64,000 nucleotides of DNA from Escherichia virus TH44: the sequence record MT446415.1; one strand, 5' to 3'. How positions within the stretch are numbered: position 1 is the stretch's first letter; each line of letters begins with the position of its first letter. The notes under the pieces were generated by a model. The model saw only the letters and a program-made list of their open reading frames with translations. It searched no databases and was not told where the DNA came from. Below, in pieces: positions 42,971 to 51,052 of this stretch. The position numbers and the translations under genes were made by a program.

Positions 42971-43215
42971 TGCTTAGCGAAACCCCAATTACTGTTGAAG
43001 AGTTTCACGAAAAAGTGAAGGCATTTGCTCAAGAGATGATTAACCGTGTATCACAGCGATTCCCTGCTGCGACTTTGCAAGTTATTCAGGAATCTGCACG
43101 CAGTTTTATGATTGTCATTAATCCGAAAATTACTCTAAAAGGTGGTGACCAGCTTACCCAACTGAAATTGGGTTCTGATGGTCTGGTTGAAGCACAGCGA
43201 GTGTATATTCAATGA
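42970..43215 (+). CDS. hypothetical protein (81 aa)
   Basis: ORF. Confidence 0.5.
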   Translation: MLSETPITVEEFHEKVKAFAQEMINRVSQRFPAATLQVIQESARSFMIVINPKITLKGGDQLTQLKLGSDGLVEAQRVYIQ

Positions 43216-43547
43216 TGAATTTAATGGATATTTTCCAGGAAGCACTTAAAAATGATTTGGGTGACCATCGTAAGTTGGACCCGGAGACAGCTGCATTTAT
43301 CAAAGTAACGCTTGCGAATGATGCTCTGTTTAAAAGTATTCACCCAAGTAATTATGATGCGGTTGTTATCACAGAAGCTCCTGTAGAAATTGGTGAGCGA
43401 ATGTTTGGAGTGATTTTTGACGATAAGAAAAAACGCTTCAGTGACGGTGATAGTATAATTACAACACATGTTAAGAGCATTACTAAATTGCGACATGAAT
43501 TATATCGTGTTGAAACTATTAAAACCAATTATCTCGTGGTGATGTAA
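43212..43547 (+). CDS. hypothetical protein (111 aa)
   Basis: ORF. Confidence 0.5.
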   Translation: MMNLMDIFQEALKNDLGDHRKLDPETAAFIKVTLANDALFKSIHPSNYDAVVITEAPVEIGERMFGVIFDDKKKRFSDGDSIITTHVKSITKLRHELYRVETIKTNYLVVM

Positions 43548-44129
43548 ATGAAACCAACTACTGTTCTGCAAATCGCATACCTTGTATCTCAAGAATCCAA
43601 ATGTTGCTCCTGGAAAGTGGGAGCTGTTATTGAAAAGAATGGCCGCATTATTTCTACAGGGTATAATGGTTCCCCTGCAGGTGGGGTTAACTGTTGCGAG
43701 CATGCGGAAGAGCAAGGTTGGTTACTGAATAAACCTAAACCTGTTCTTATCCCTGGTCATAAGCCAGAATGCGTGAGATTCAGTCAGGTTGACCGTTTTG
43801 TATTGGCGAAAGCTCATCGCGAAGCTCATTCGGCCTGGTCAAAGAACAACGAAATTCATGCCGAGCTTAATGCGATTCTGTTCGCAGCCAGAATGGGTTC
43901 GTCAATTGAAGGCGCTACTATGTATGTGACGCTTTCTCCTTGCCCTGATTGTGCAAAGGCAATTTCTCAATCAGGAATCAAGAAATTGGTTTACTGTGAA
44001 ACGTATGATAAGAATATTCCTGGTTGGGATGATATCCTGAAGAATGCGGGAATTGAGGTGTTCAATGTGCCTAAGCGTAGTCTAGACAAATTGAACTGGG
44101 AAAACATTAACGAATTTTGTGGTGAATAA
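43548..44129 (+). CDS. cd: dCMP deaminase
   Basis: 193 aa; zinc-deaminase motifs HAE...PCPDC; same length as T4 Cd. Confidence 0.9.
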   Translation: MKPTTVLQIAYLVSQESKCCSWKVGAVIEKNGRIISTGYNGSPAGGVNCCEHAEEQGWLLNKPKPVLIPGHKPECVRFSQVDRFVLAKAHREAHSAWSKNNEIHAELNAILFAARMGSSIEGATMYVTLSPCPDCAKAISQSGIKKLVYCETYDKNIPGWDDILKNAGIEVFNVPKRSLDKLNWENINEFCGE

Positions 44130-44362
44130 TGAAATTTCGTATGGTTAAAATAACCGGTCTTAGTCCACGAGGGACTGGTATAATCTCTTTTTCGGTGGAA
44201 TACAAAAAGTATTTCTTCTCTCGCTGGAAGTCTTACTATAAATCCGAATGGATTGATGAAAGCATTAAGTATAAAACGGACCCAGTTTTTGAAAAATGCA
44301 AAGACCTGCTGAGTGCTTTACAAAAGCGCGGCACAACTACCATTAAAACTGTTTTGGAATAA
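44129..44362 (+). CDS. hypothetical protein (77 aa)
   Basis: ORF. Confidence 0.5.
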   Translation: MKFRMVKITGLSPRGTGIISFSVEYKKYFFSRWKSYYKSEWIDESIKYKTDPVFEKCKDLLSALQKRGTTTIKTVLE

Positions 44363-44364
44363 TT

Positions 44365-44664
44365 ATGATTTTAACTGAACAAGAAACAATTCGTCTCCGT
44401 GAAAAAGTCAAGACTATTTTGTCTGTTGGTTTTCACGAAGTTCTGTTTGAAAAAGCAGATGGTAGCATCCGTCGTATGACTTGTACTCGTGACCTGGACC
44501 TGCTACCGTATAAAGAAATCCAGGCACCTGGACCAGAAGCCAATAAAGAACCAGTTAGCTATATCCGGGTATTTGATACCAAGCTTAATGAATGGCGTTC
44601 ATTCTGTTTCAATAAATTGATTTCCGTGAATGGACTGCAGACCGAGACTCTGCTTGTCCTTTAA
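44365..44664 (+). CDS. hypothetical protein (99 aa)
   Basis: ORF. Confidence 0.5.
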   Translation: MILTEQETIRLREKVKTILSVGFHEVLFEKADGSIRRMTCTRDLDLLPYKEIQAPGPEANKEPVSYIRVFDTKLNEWRSFCFNKLISVNGLQTETLLVL

Positions 44665-44695
44665 TGCTTCAAACGGTGCGTGTTATTATTAATAC

Positions 44696-45043
44696 ATGAC
44701 CAAACAACATGGATTAAATATGGAATTACCAATTAAAGCAGTAGGTGAATATATTATTTTGGTTTCTGAGCCAAAGCAAGCTGGTGATGAAGAAACTACG
44801 GCATCAGGTATTGTTATCGGAAAACTCCATCAGGGTGAAATCCCGGAGATGTGCGAAGTATTTTCGGTTGGTCCGGATGTTCCTGAAGGTTTCTGTGAAG
44901 TGGGTGATTTGACTCCTCTTCCGGTTGGCAAGATTGCAAACGTTCCGCATCCTCTGGTTGCTCTGGGACTTAAGCAGGCTAAAGAAGTTAAGCAGAAATT
45001 TGTGACCTGTCATTATAAAGCTGTTCCTTGTCTTTATAAGTAA
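44696..45043 (+). CDS. 31: co-chaperonin gp31 (GroES analog for capsid folding)
   Basis: very high similarity to T4 gp31 ([54 protein letters not shown]). Confidence 0.9.
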   Translation: MTKQHGLNMELPIKAVGEYIILVSEPKQAGDEETTASGIVIGKLHQGEIPEMCEVFSVGPDVPEGFCEVGDLTPLPVGKIANVPHPLVALGLKQAKEVKQKFVTCHYKAVPCLYK

Positions 45044-45052
45044 AATTAGCGT

Positions 45053-45060
45053 TATAAATA
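45053..45060 (+). promoter_or_regulatory. candidate late promoter TATAAATA upstream of rIII
   Basis: exact TATAAATA 10 nt after gp31 stop; 155-nt leader with 7-bp long-range inverted repeat ggtggac/gtccacc. Confidence 0.4.
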
Positions 45061-45214
45061 ATAATATGGATTGGTTGATGTCATACAGAGCTTTGCTGGT
45101 GTATGGGGTTAGCCAATCCTAAACGGTGGACTACAACTGAGAGACTTGCCGAAAGGAAGTGAAATTCAGAAGAACGTGTCCACCAAATATTCACCTCATA
45201 TTGAGGCTTCTAAA

Positions 45215-45469
45215 ATGTCTTTAAACAAACAATTACAACACGCTCTTGAACTGCAACGCACTGCATGGAATAACGGTCACGAAAACTACGGCGCATCTAT
45301 TGATGTTGAAGCCGAAGCACTGGAAATTCTGCAGTATTTCAAACATCTTAACCCGGTTCAAACCGACCTTCGCGCAGTGCTCGAAGCAAAAGATGAACTG
45401 AAATTTGCTAAGCCGCTGGCATCTGCTGCCCGCAAAGCTGTTCGCCATTTTGTCGTAACCCTGAAGTAA
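45215..45469 (+). CDS. rIII: rIII lysis inhibition accessory protein
   Basis: 84 aa from MSLNKQLQ; size and position as T4 rIII (82 aa). Confidence 0.7.
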   Translation: MSLNKQLQHALELQRTAWNNGHENYGASIDVEAEALEILQYFKHLNPVQTDLRAVLEAKDELKFAKPLASAARKAVRHFVVTLK

Positions 45470-45866
45470 GTTTTAGGTGATTCGCTACCTTAGTGCGGCT
45501 AGAAAATCGAGGAGCCACCGAATTATCTGATTAATGATTTGCGAATCATTATAGTTTTAGACCCCGATAATTTTGTGGTGTACCTCTTGAATGTTATTCT
45601 TATAGCGGCAAGTGCATGCTACCCCGAGGTGATGGCCAATCGGGAGTACGCCTCAAGGCCTATATATCCATCAGTATATATCTTATCCTCGAGAAATCGA
45701 ACCCGGAACCTTTAAGCTAACGGTGTGCAACAGATAAGAGCTATAAGGTATGATGACGAGGTTTATGGTTATCCTGTCGTTAAATATCCGAAACCTAATG
45801 TTCCCTTCGAGGGCTTGCGCAGGCAATGTCAATAAGTCCTGCATTCTATTTTAAAGAGAATTTAAT
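45470..45866 (+). other. non-coding structured island (no ORF of 60 aa or more in six frames)
   Basis: 397 nt without coding capacity; GC-richer; hairpin 45532-45551; CGAGG at 45508, 45625, 45757, 45808. Confidence 0.5.
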
Positions 45867-46028
45867 ATGGCTAAGAAAGAAGTTAAAGTTGTTGATGGCT
45901 CCTCCAAACGCGCTGGTTACAAGCGTGGGTCCAACAAGCGAATCAATCAGGTAACTGATAAACTTCAGGCTCGTGCTCGTGCGGTATTGCGTGCCGATGC
46001 AGCTTGCTTTGGTAAGCCGAAAGCATAA
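45867..46028 (+). CDS. small basic protein (53 aa, K/R-rich)
   Basis: ATG 45867 after aaagagaattta; followed by strong terminator. Confidence 0.4.
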   Translation: MAKKEVKVVDGSSKRAGYKRGSNKRINQVTDKLQARARAVLRADAACFGKPKA

Positions 46029-46032
46029 GTTC

Positions 46033-46060
46033 AGGGACTCTTCGGAGTCCCTTTTTATTT
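46033..46060 (+). terminator. intrinsic terminator gggactcttcggagtccc + T-run
   Basis: GC hairpin followed by tttttatttt. Confidence 0.6.
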
Positions 46061-46142
46061 TCCATAAAGGGGTTTACAACAGGGTTGGTCCAGTGCATAA
46101 TGATTCCATACTGAGTTACACAATAAAACACTGGAGAATAAA
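46061..46142 (+). promoter_or_regulatory. early promoter cassette (PeSL-like), type A
   Basis: ggGTTTACaac ... CATAAT 46096-46101, gattccatactgagttacac...ctggagaataaaATG. Confidence 0.55.
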
Positions 46143-46511
46143 ATGAAAATCAATCTTAACTCATACATCAAAGGTAAAGACCACGACGGCTACAAAGCAA
46201 TCGAAACTAAAGAGATGCAATGGCACTTGTATAAAGAACAATTTGAATTCGTTTCTTGCATGACTCCAGAAGGTCCTTCTGATGACTTCTCCTGGAAAAT
46301 TATGGTAACAAACTTTTTTACTGGCGACACATATGAATTGAAAACTTTGATTCTTGGTAAGATTCGTTGTAAGACCTATGAAGATGAAGAAACTGGTTAT
46401 TCTGAAGATGTTACATGGTATCAAAATGGTCGCACTACTGCTGATGATTTGATTGAAAAAATGAAAGCTAAGGGTGAATTAAATTTAGATAATTGGATTA
46501 AAGTCGCATAA
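46143..46511 (+). CDS. hypothetical protein (122 aa)
   Basis: ORF at end of cassette. Confidence 0.5.
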   Translation: MKINLNSYIKGKDHDGYKAIETKEMQWHLYKEQFEFVSCMTPEGPSDDFSWKIMVTNFFTGDTYELKTLILGKIRCKTYEDEETGYSEDVTWYQNGRTTADDLIEKMKAKGELNLDNWIKVA

Positions 46512-46582
46512 AACAGTTTACTTTGGTACAGGTTATGATATTATAAACCTGTACCAACAAATGAAAACAACTGGAGAATAAA
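46511..46582 (+). promoter_or_regulatory. early promoter with hairpin-embedded -10
   Basis: GTTTAC 46516-46521; 8-bp inverted repeat ggtacagg/cctgtacc around ttatgatattataaa; ctggagaataaaATG. Confidence 0.5.
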
Positions 46583-46948
46583 ATGAACTATATCAACTTT
46601 GAACGCAAATATGTTTCTATCGGTGCAGTTGGTTCTAACGAGTATATGAGCTTATGGGAACATAAAAATGGTTCAGTATGTGAAATTGACCATTGGGTTT
46701 CTCCTGACTACGTTTATATGCGATTTGAAAATGGTATCACTCTTTCAATCACTAAAGAAGGTTCTAATTTTAAAATTGCTTTAGATGATGATTTCCGTCA
46801 ACGTGATTTGGGTACTCATCCTTGCTGGAATGGTGTTAATCGCAAGCTTCTGGTTAAAACTTGGATTCGTCATATCCTGAGCAACAAAGCAAAACCTGAA
46901 CACCTGGAAGCAATCTTTGATGTAGTTCTTAATGAATTTGATATCTAA
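46583..46948 (+). CDS. hypothetical protein (121 aa)
   Basis: ORF. Confidence 0.5.
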   Translation: MNYINFERKYVSIGAVGSNEYMSLWEHKNGSVCEIDHWVSPDYVYMRFENGITLSITKEGSNFKIALDDDFRQRDLGTHPCWNGVNRKLLVKTWIRHILSNKAKPEHLEAIFDVVLNEFDI

Positions 46949-46984
46949 TCTTAAATGGGGCGAAAGCCCCTTGAGGAAAATACT

Positions 46985-47272
46985 ATGTTTATGACTACTT
47001 ACTTTGATACACGTAAAAATTTCTGTGAAGTTGTTTTCTCTAAAAAAGGCCCTAATGTTCCTGCCGGGTGTGAACCAACTAAAGAATCCATTAAAAACTA
47101 TGTGGATGTAGTTTGCCCAGTTGAATTCAGGACTGTTAATGGACGTGATACGCTGGCAATCACCAAGCTTAGACGCGACATTGATATTGACCCAATTGCA
47201 GCACGTGAAGTCAATTCGTCTGATATTAATGGCGGTAATGTTAAATCACACGGTTTCCGGATGAGGTTCTAA
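46985..47272 (+). CDS. hypothetical protein (95 aa)
   Basis: ATG 46985 after gaggaaaatact; upstream hairpin ggggcgaaagcccc. Confidence 0.5.
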   Translation: MFMTTYFDTRKNFCEVVFSKKGPNVPAGCEPTKESIKNYVDVVCPVEFRTVNGRDTLAITKLRRDIDIDPIAAREVNSSDINGGNVKSHGFRMRF

Positions 47273-47466
47273 TGCAACTATTCTTATCACAAACTGTCCA
47301 GTTAAAAGGCATAGGTATTCCTGGAATGATTTCTAAGGTCTTGCCTGCTTTTCAATTAGGCAATATTTCCATTAAAGAAGCATATGCAGTCCTGTGGGTT
47401 GACGGAACAGAAGACGTTCGCATGGGTGGTGAGTTGTCTGTAATCAAATGTTTAAAGCGAGGATAA
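47272..47466 (+). CDS. hypothetical protein (64 aa)
   Basis: ORF. Confidence 0.45.
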   Translation: MQLFLSQTVQLKGIGIPGMISKVLPAFQLGNISIKEAYAVLWVDGTEDVRMGGELSVIKCLKRG

Positions 47467-47467
47467 T

Positions 47468-47680
47468 ATGTTTAAGAAACTGATTCAGAAAATTTTGGGA
47501 ACAGAAATGGTTGAAGTTACTTATCGTGTAACAGACGTGAGCCCATGGGCCCGAAATATTGAACCATATACTAAAACAATTAAAATGCTGAAATCTGACG
47601 GTGGATTGTCTATTAAAGACCGTCTACCTGGTTATGGTCATTGGGCTGATGTAGAGATTATCAGCGTCAAAGATATTTAA
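47468..47680 (+). CDS. hypothetical protein, tandem paralog 1 (70 aa)
   Basis: about 45-50 percent identical to next ORF (EMVEVTYRV, SIK.RLP, IISVKD). Confidence 0.55.
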   Translation: MFKKLIQKILGTEMVEVTYRVTDVSPWARNIEPYTKTIKMLKSDGGLSIKDRLPGYGHWADVEIISVKDI

Positions 47681-47689
47681 GGAATCTTC

Positions 47690-47902
47690 ATGATTAAGAA
47701 ATTATTTAAAAAGCTGTTTGGCTTGGAAATGGTTGAAGTGACTTATCGTGTTATTGATTTATCACCGCCATATGCTTGCGATGAAGATGCTATTAAAACT
47801 GTTGTTATGCGAAAAACATATCGCGGGCGGTCAATTAAAGAAAGATTGCCAGACCATGGCATGTGGTATGCAACCAAGATTATCAGTGTCAAAGATGTCT
47901 GA
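47690..47902 (+). CDS. hypothetical protein, tandem paralog 2 (70 aa)
   Basis: see paralog 1. Confidence 0.55.
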   Translation: MIKKLFKKLFGLEMVEVTYRVIDLSPPYACDEDAIKTVVMRKTYRGRSIKERLPDHGMWYATKIISVKDV

Positions 47903-48353
47903 GTTAGAAATCAGAAGCAATTTCCCATGGCCGTCATGTGCATTAAGTAACTTTGCTAAATGGCCTTTTGTTATGGATGGCATCCAGTTTGGAGGTCTTG
48001 AAGGCTTCCTCCAAGGGTGCAAGGTGAGAAATAATGAACAACAAAAACGTATATTTGGGATGTCCGGATTGGCCGCCCAGCAAAGTGGAAGAGCTTATGC
48101 AAGAGCTGCGGACCGTGGGACGCTTTTCTGGCTTGGAATTCCCTTTTCAAGATACTCTACATCATGGAAAGAGTTGTATACAAATGCATATTTTGAAGCA
48201 GCGCTCCAAAACAAAGGATTCCGCGACGCATTACAAGCCACAAAGGGCAAAGTTTTAAAGCATTCGATGGCGAGCCACCTTACTGTTCATGATACAATAT
48301 TGACTGAACAAGAATTTATTGACATACTTAACCAATTGAGAGATGCATTATGA
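47895..48353 (+). CDS. NADAR/YbiA-like domain protein (putative ADP-ribose or N-glycoside hydrolase)
   Basis: LSNFAKWPF..DG..F...EGFLQGCK resembles NADAR core motif (SNFA.WP...DG....SEHYFQA.K); ATG 47895 overlaps previous stop. Confidence 0.5.
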   Translation: MSELEIRSNFPWPSCALSNFAKWPFVMDGIQFGGLEGFLQGCKVRNNEQQKRIFGMSGLAAQQSGRAYARAADRGTLFWLGIPFSRYSTSWKELYTNAYFEAALQNKGFRDALQATKGKVLKHSMASHLTVHDTILTEQEFIDILNQLRDAL

Positions 48354-49174
48354 AACCCGTTATTTTAACAGATATTGATGGCGTATGTTTGTCATGGCAG
48401 TCTGGCTTGCCTTATTTCGCCCAAAAATATAATTTACCCCTGGAACATATCCTTAAGATGATTCAGGATGAAAAATTTGTGACCCCTGGTAAACTGTTCA
48501 ATTGTGATGAAGAGTTGGGAGCACAGTTGATTGAGAAATATAACTGTTCAGATTTTATTCGCTATTTGTCTCCTTACGCGGATGCGTTAAGGGTTATTAA
48601 TAACCTCAAAGAGCAATATGATTTTGTGGCTGTTACGGCTCTGGGTGATTCCATTGATGCCCGTCTGAATCGTCAATTCAACCTGAATGCTTTGTTCCCT
48701 GGTGCATTTAAAGAAGTGATGATGTGTGGTCATACAGCCTCTAAAGAAGAGTTATTTCAGAAAGCGAAGACCAAATATAATGTCGTTTGTTATATTGATG
48801 ACCTTGCACACCATTGCGACCATGCGAGTGAAATCCTTGAAGTCCCGGTTTATTGGATGGCCCGTGGTGAACGTGATGCTATTCCTAAAACAGCTTCCAA
48901 AGTTTTTAATTGGGACGATGTAGCCGGACAGCTTAAACTGAAACACAAAGATGAACCAGTCAAACCAGAATTCACCCCTGATGAACTCCGTAAACTGGAA
49001 GAGCTGTTTCGTGAAACTCGCCGTCTTCAACAACAAATGCAGCAAGGCTGGCAGCCAGGTCAACCATGGACCCCTGGATATAATCCAGCATATCCATATC
49101 AATATGGCCCACGCGTAGGTACCGGCATTGAATATTGGTACAATCAACCGACCGGTGGCCAAGGGGGTAATTGA
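48350..49174 (+). CDS. HAD-superfamily hydrolase, likely 5'(3')-deoxyribonucleotidase-like, with Q/P/Y/G-rich C-terminal tail
   Basis: N-terminal ILTDIDGV (DxDGV HAD motif I); C-terminal 60 aa low complexity. Confidence 0.5.
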   Translation: MKPVILTDIDGVCLSWQSGLPYFAQKYNLPLEHILKMIQDEKFVTPGKLFNCDEELGAQLIEKYNCSDFIRYLSPYADALRVINNLKEQYDFVAVTALGDSIDARLNRQFNLNALFPGAFKEVMMCGHTASKEELFQKAKTKYNVVCYIDDLAHHCDHASEILEVPVYWMARGERDAIPKTASKVFNWDDVAGQLKLKHKDEPVKPEFTPDELRKLEELFRETRRLQQQMQQGWQPGQPWTPGYNPAYPYQYGPRVGTGIEYWYNQPTGGQGGN

Positions 49175-49452
49175 TGTTTGTCGTTCATACTATTTCAGAC
49201 CGTGGTCCAGTTACCACGATGGATTACGGTCATGTTAACCAGTTTATTCGTCATGTGAATCATAATTACTCGTTTGATATTAATCCGGCTAAAGATAATC
49301 CTGTTTGGCGTGAATGTGTTGAGCAAGGATTTATCTATGTTCACTTCATGACTAAAATGAAACCGGATGGGGCGACTAAATTTGTGTTCACTTATCACAA
49401 ACGCCTGGATTTGCTTTTGGAAGATGTGGCATATAATAGAGCCAACGACTAA
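49171..49452 (+). CDS. hypothetical protein (93 aa)
   Basis: ORF. Confidence 0.5.
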   Translation: MMFVVHTISDRGPVTTMDYGHVNQFIRHVNHNYSFDINPAKDNPVWRECVEQGFIYVHFMTKMKPDGATKFVFTYHKRLDLLLEDVAYNRAND

Positions 49453-49455
49453 GAG

Positions 49456-50994
49456 GTGATTATGATTTTAGATATTTTAAATGAAATTGCTGCAACCGAT
49501 TCCACTAAAGAGAAACAAGCTATTCTGGAATCGTATTCTGACAATGAAACCCTCAAACGTGTGTATCGTTTGACATATTCCAAAGGCATCCAGTTCTATA
49601 TTAAGAAATGGCCTAAACCTGGTACAACGTCTCAAAGCTTTGGCATGTTGAATATCGATGATATGCTTGACTTTATCGAATTTACATTAGCCTCTCGTAA
49701 ATTAACAGGTAATGCTGCAATCGAGGAATTATCTGGCTATATTGCTGATGGTAAAAAAGCAGATGTTGAAGTCCTGCGGCGTGTTATGATGCGTGACCTG
49801 GAATGCGGGGCATCCGTATCCATTGCAAATAAGGTTTGGAAAGGTTTAATTCCTGAACAACCGCAGATGCTCGCTTCTTCCTATGATGAAGCCGGTATTG
49901 CCAAGAACATTAAGTTCCCGGCCTTTGCACAATTGAAAGCCGACGGCGCTCGGTGTTTTGCTGAAGTTCGTGGCGATGAGTTAGATGATGTTCGATTGTT
50001 ATCCCGAGCTGGCAACGAATACCTCAAGCTTGACCTCCTTAAAAAGGAATTGATTGAAGCTACCCGTGAAGCGCGTGAGAGACATCCTGAGGGCGTTTTG
50101 ATTGACGGCGAGTTAGTATATCATGAACAGAAAGTAGCTCCCCAGAATGACGGTTTGGGCTTCCTTTTTGACGATTCAGATGAGATTGCCCCTGCACAAG
50201 AAACTGCGGAATCAAGAACCTTTTCAAATGGTCTGGCCAACAAATCATTGAAAGGAACTATTTCTGCAACAGAAGCTGCTTGTATGAAATTCCAGGTTTG
50301 GGATTATGTTCCACTAATTGAAGTCTATTCTGATGTTAAGATTCTCAATCCATTGAAATACGATGTGCGTTTTGCTGTTCTGGAAAAGATGATTGCAGAT
50401 AACGTGGTGCTGCATGGTTTCGACCGCATGATTCTGATTGAAAACCATGTTGTTAACAATCTTGATGAAGCGAAAGTTATCTATAAGAAATATGTTGATG
50501 AAGGTCTTGAGGGTATTATCCTTAAGAATATGGCATCGATTTGGGAAAACAAGCGCTCAAAGAACTTGTATAAGTTCAAAGAAGTAATTGACATTGCAAT
50601 GGAAATCATTGGATATTACGAGCACGATAAAGACCCGAATAAGATTGGTGGTGTTGTGCTTCGTTCTTCTTGTGGTAAGATTACAAATAACTGTGGTTCT
50701 GGTTTTAAAGACACAACTCAAGTTAAAGATAAGAAAACCAAAAAATGGGTTACTATTCCGATTGAGGAGCGTCATGAAATGGACCGTGAAGCCTTGATGG
50801 TTAAAGCTCGTAAAGGTGAATTGGTTGGAATGATTGCCGACTGTGAATGTAATGGTTGGTTGACTTCCGAGACTCGTAAAGATAATACGGTTGCATTGTT
50901 CCTGCCGATTATCAAAGGGTTCCGTTTCGATAAAGACCATGCAGACACATTCGAAGATGTATTTGGCGACTGGTCAAAGACCGGGTTAAAATAA
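49456..50994 (+). CDS. 30: ATP-dependent DNA ligase
   Basis: 512 aa; high similarity to T4 ligase (LKADGARCFAEVRGDELDDVRLLSRAGNEY, KFQVWDYVPL). Confidence 0.95.
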   Translation: MIMILDILNEIAATDSTKEKQAILESYSDNETLKRVYRLTYSKGIQFYIKKWPKPGTTSQSFGMLNIDDMLDFIEFTLASRKLTGNAAIEELSGYIADGKKADVEVLRRVMMRDLECGASVSIANKVWKGLIPEQPQMLASSYDEAGIAKNIKFPAFAQLKADGARCFAEVRGDELDDVRLLSRAGNEYLKLDLLKKELIEATREARERHPEGVLIDGELVYHEQKVAPQNDGLGFLFDDSDEIAPAQETAESRTFSNGLANKSLKGTISATEAACMKFQVWDYVPLIEVYSDVKILNPLKYDVRFAVLEKMIADNVVLHGFDRMILIENHVVNNLDEAKVIYKKYVDEGLEGIILKNMASIWENKRSKNLYKFKEVIDIAMEIIGYYEHDKDPNKIGGVVLRSSCGKITNNCGSGFKDTTQVKDKKTKKWVTIPIEERHEMDREALMVKARKGELVGMIADCECNGWLTSETRKDNTVALFLPIIKGFRFDKDHADTFEDVFGDWSKTGLK

Positions 50995-50997
50995 CAA

Positions 50998-51018
50998 AAG
51001 GGCTTCGGCCCTTTTTTA
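50998..51018 (+). terminator. intrinsic terminator gggcttcggccc + T6
   Basis: GC hairpin followed by tttttt. Confidence 0.6.
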
Positions 51019-51019
51019 G

Positions 51020-51027
51020 TATAAATA
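51020..51027 (+). promoter_or_regulatory. late promoter TATAAATA for alt
   Basis: exact TATAAATA 25 nt upstream of alt ATG; consistent with Alt as a late, virion-packaged protein. Confidence 0.55.
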
Positions 51028-51052
51028 CATCATATTTTATAAGGAACCTATT

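Noticed and set aside
45680-45710. tRNA-like T-loop motif (ggttcgatt on minus strand) inside the non-coding island
   Set aside because: Flanking sequence does not form a T-stem or acceptor stem; no cloverleaf could be built by eye, so no tRNA is called
47748-48353. 201-aa plus-strand ORF as called in the track
   Set aside because: Its first 49 codons overlap tandem paralog 2 in another frame; the NADAR-like protein more plausibly starts at ATG 47895
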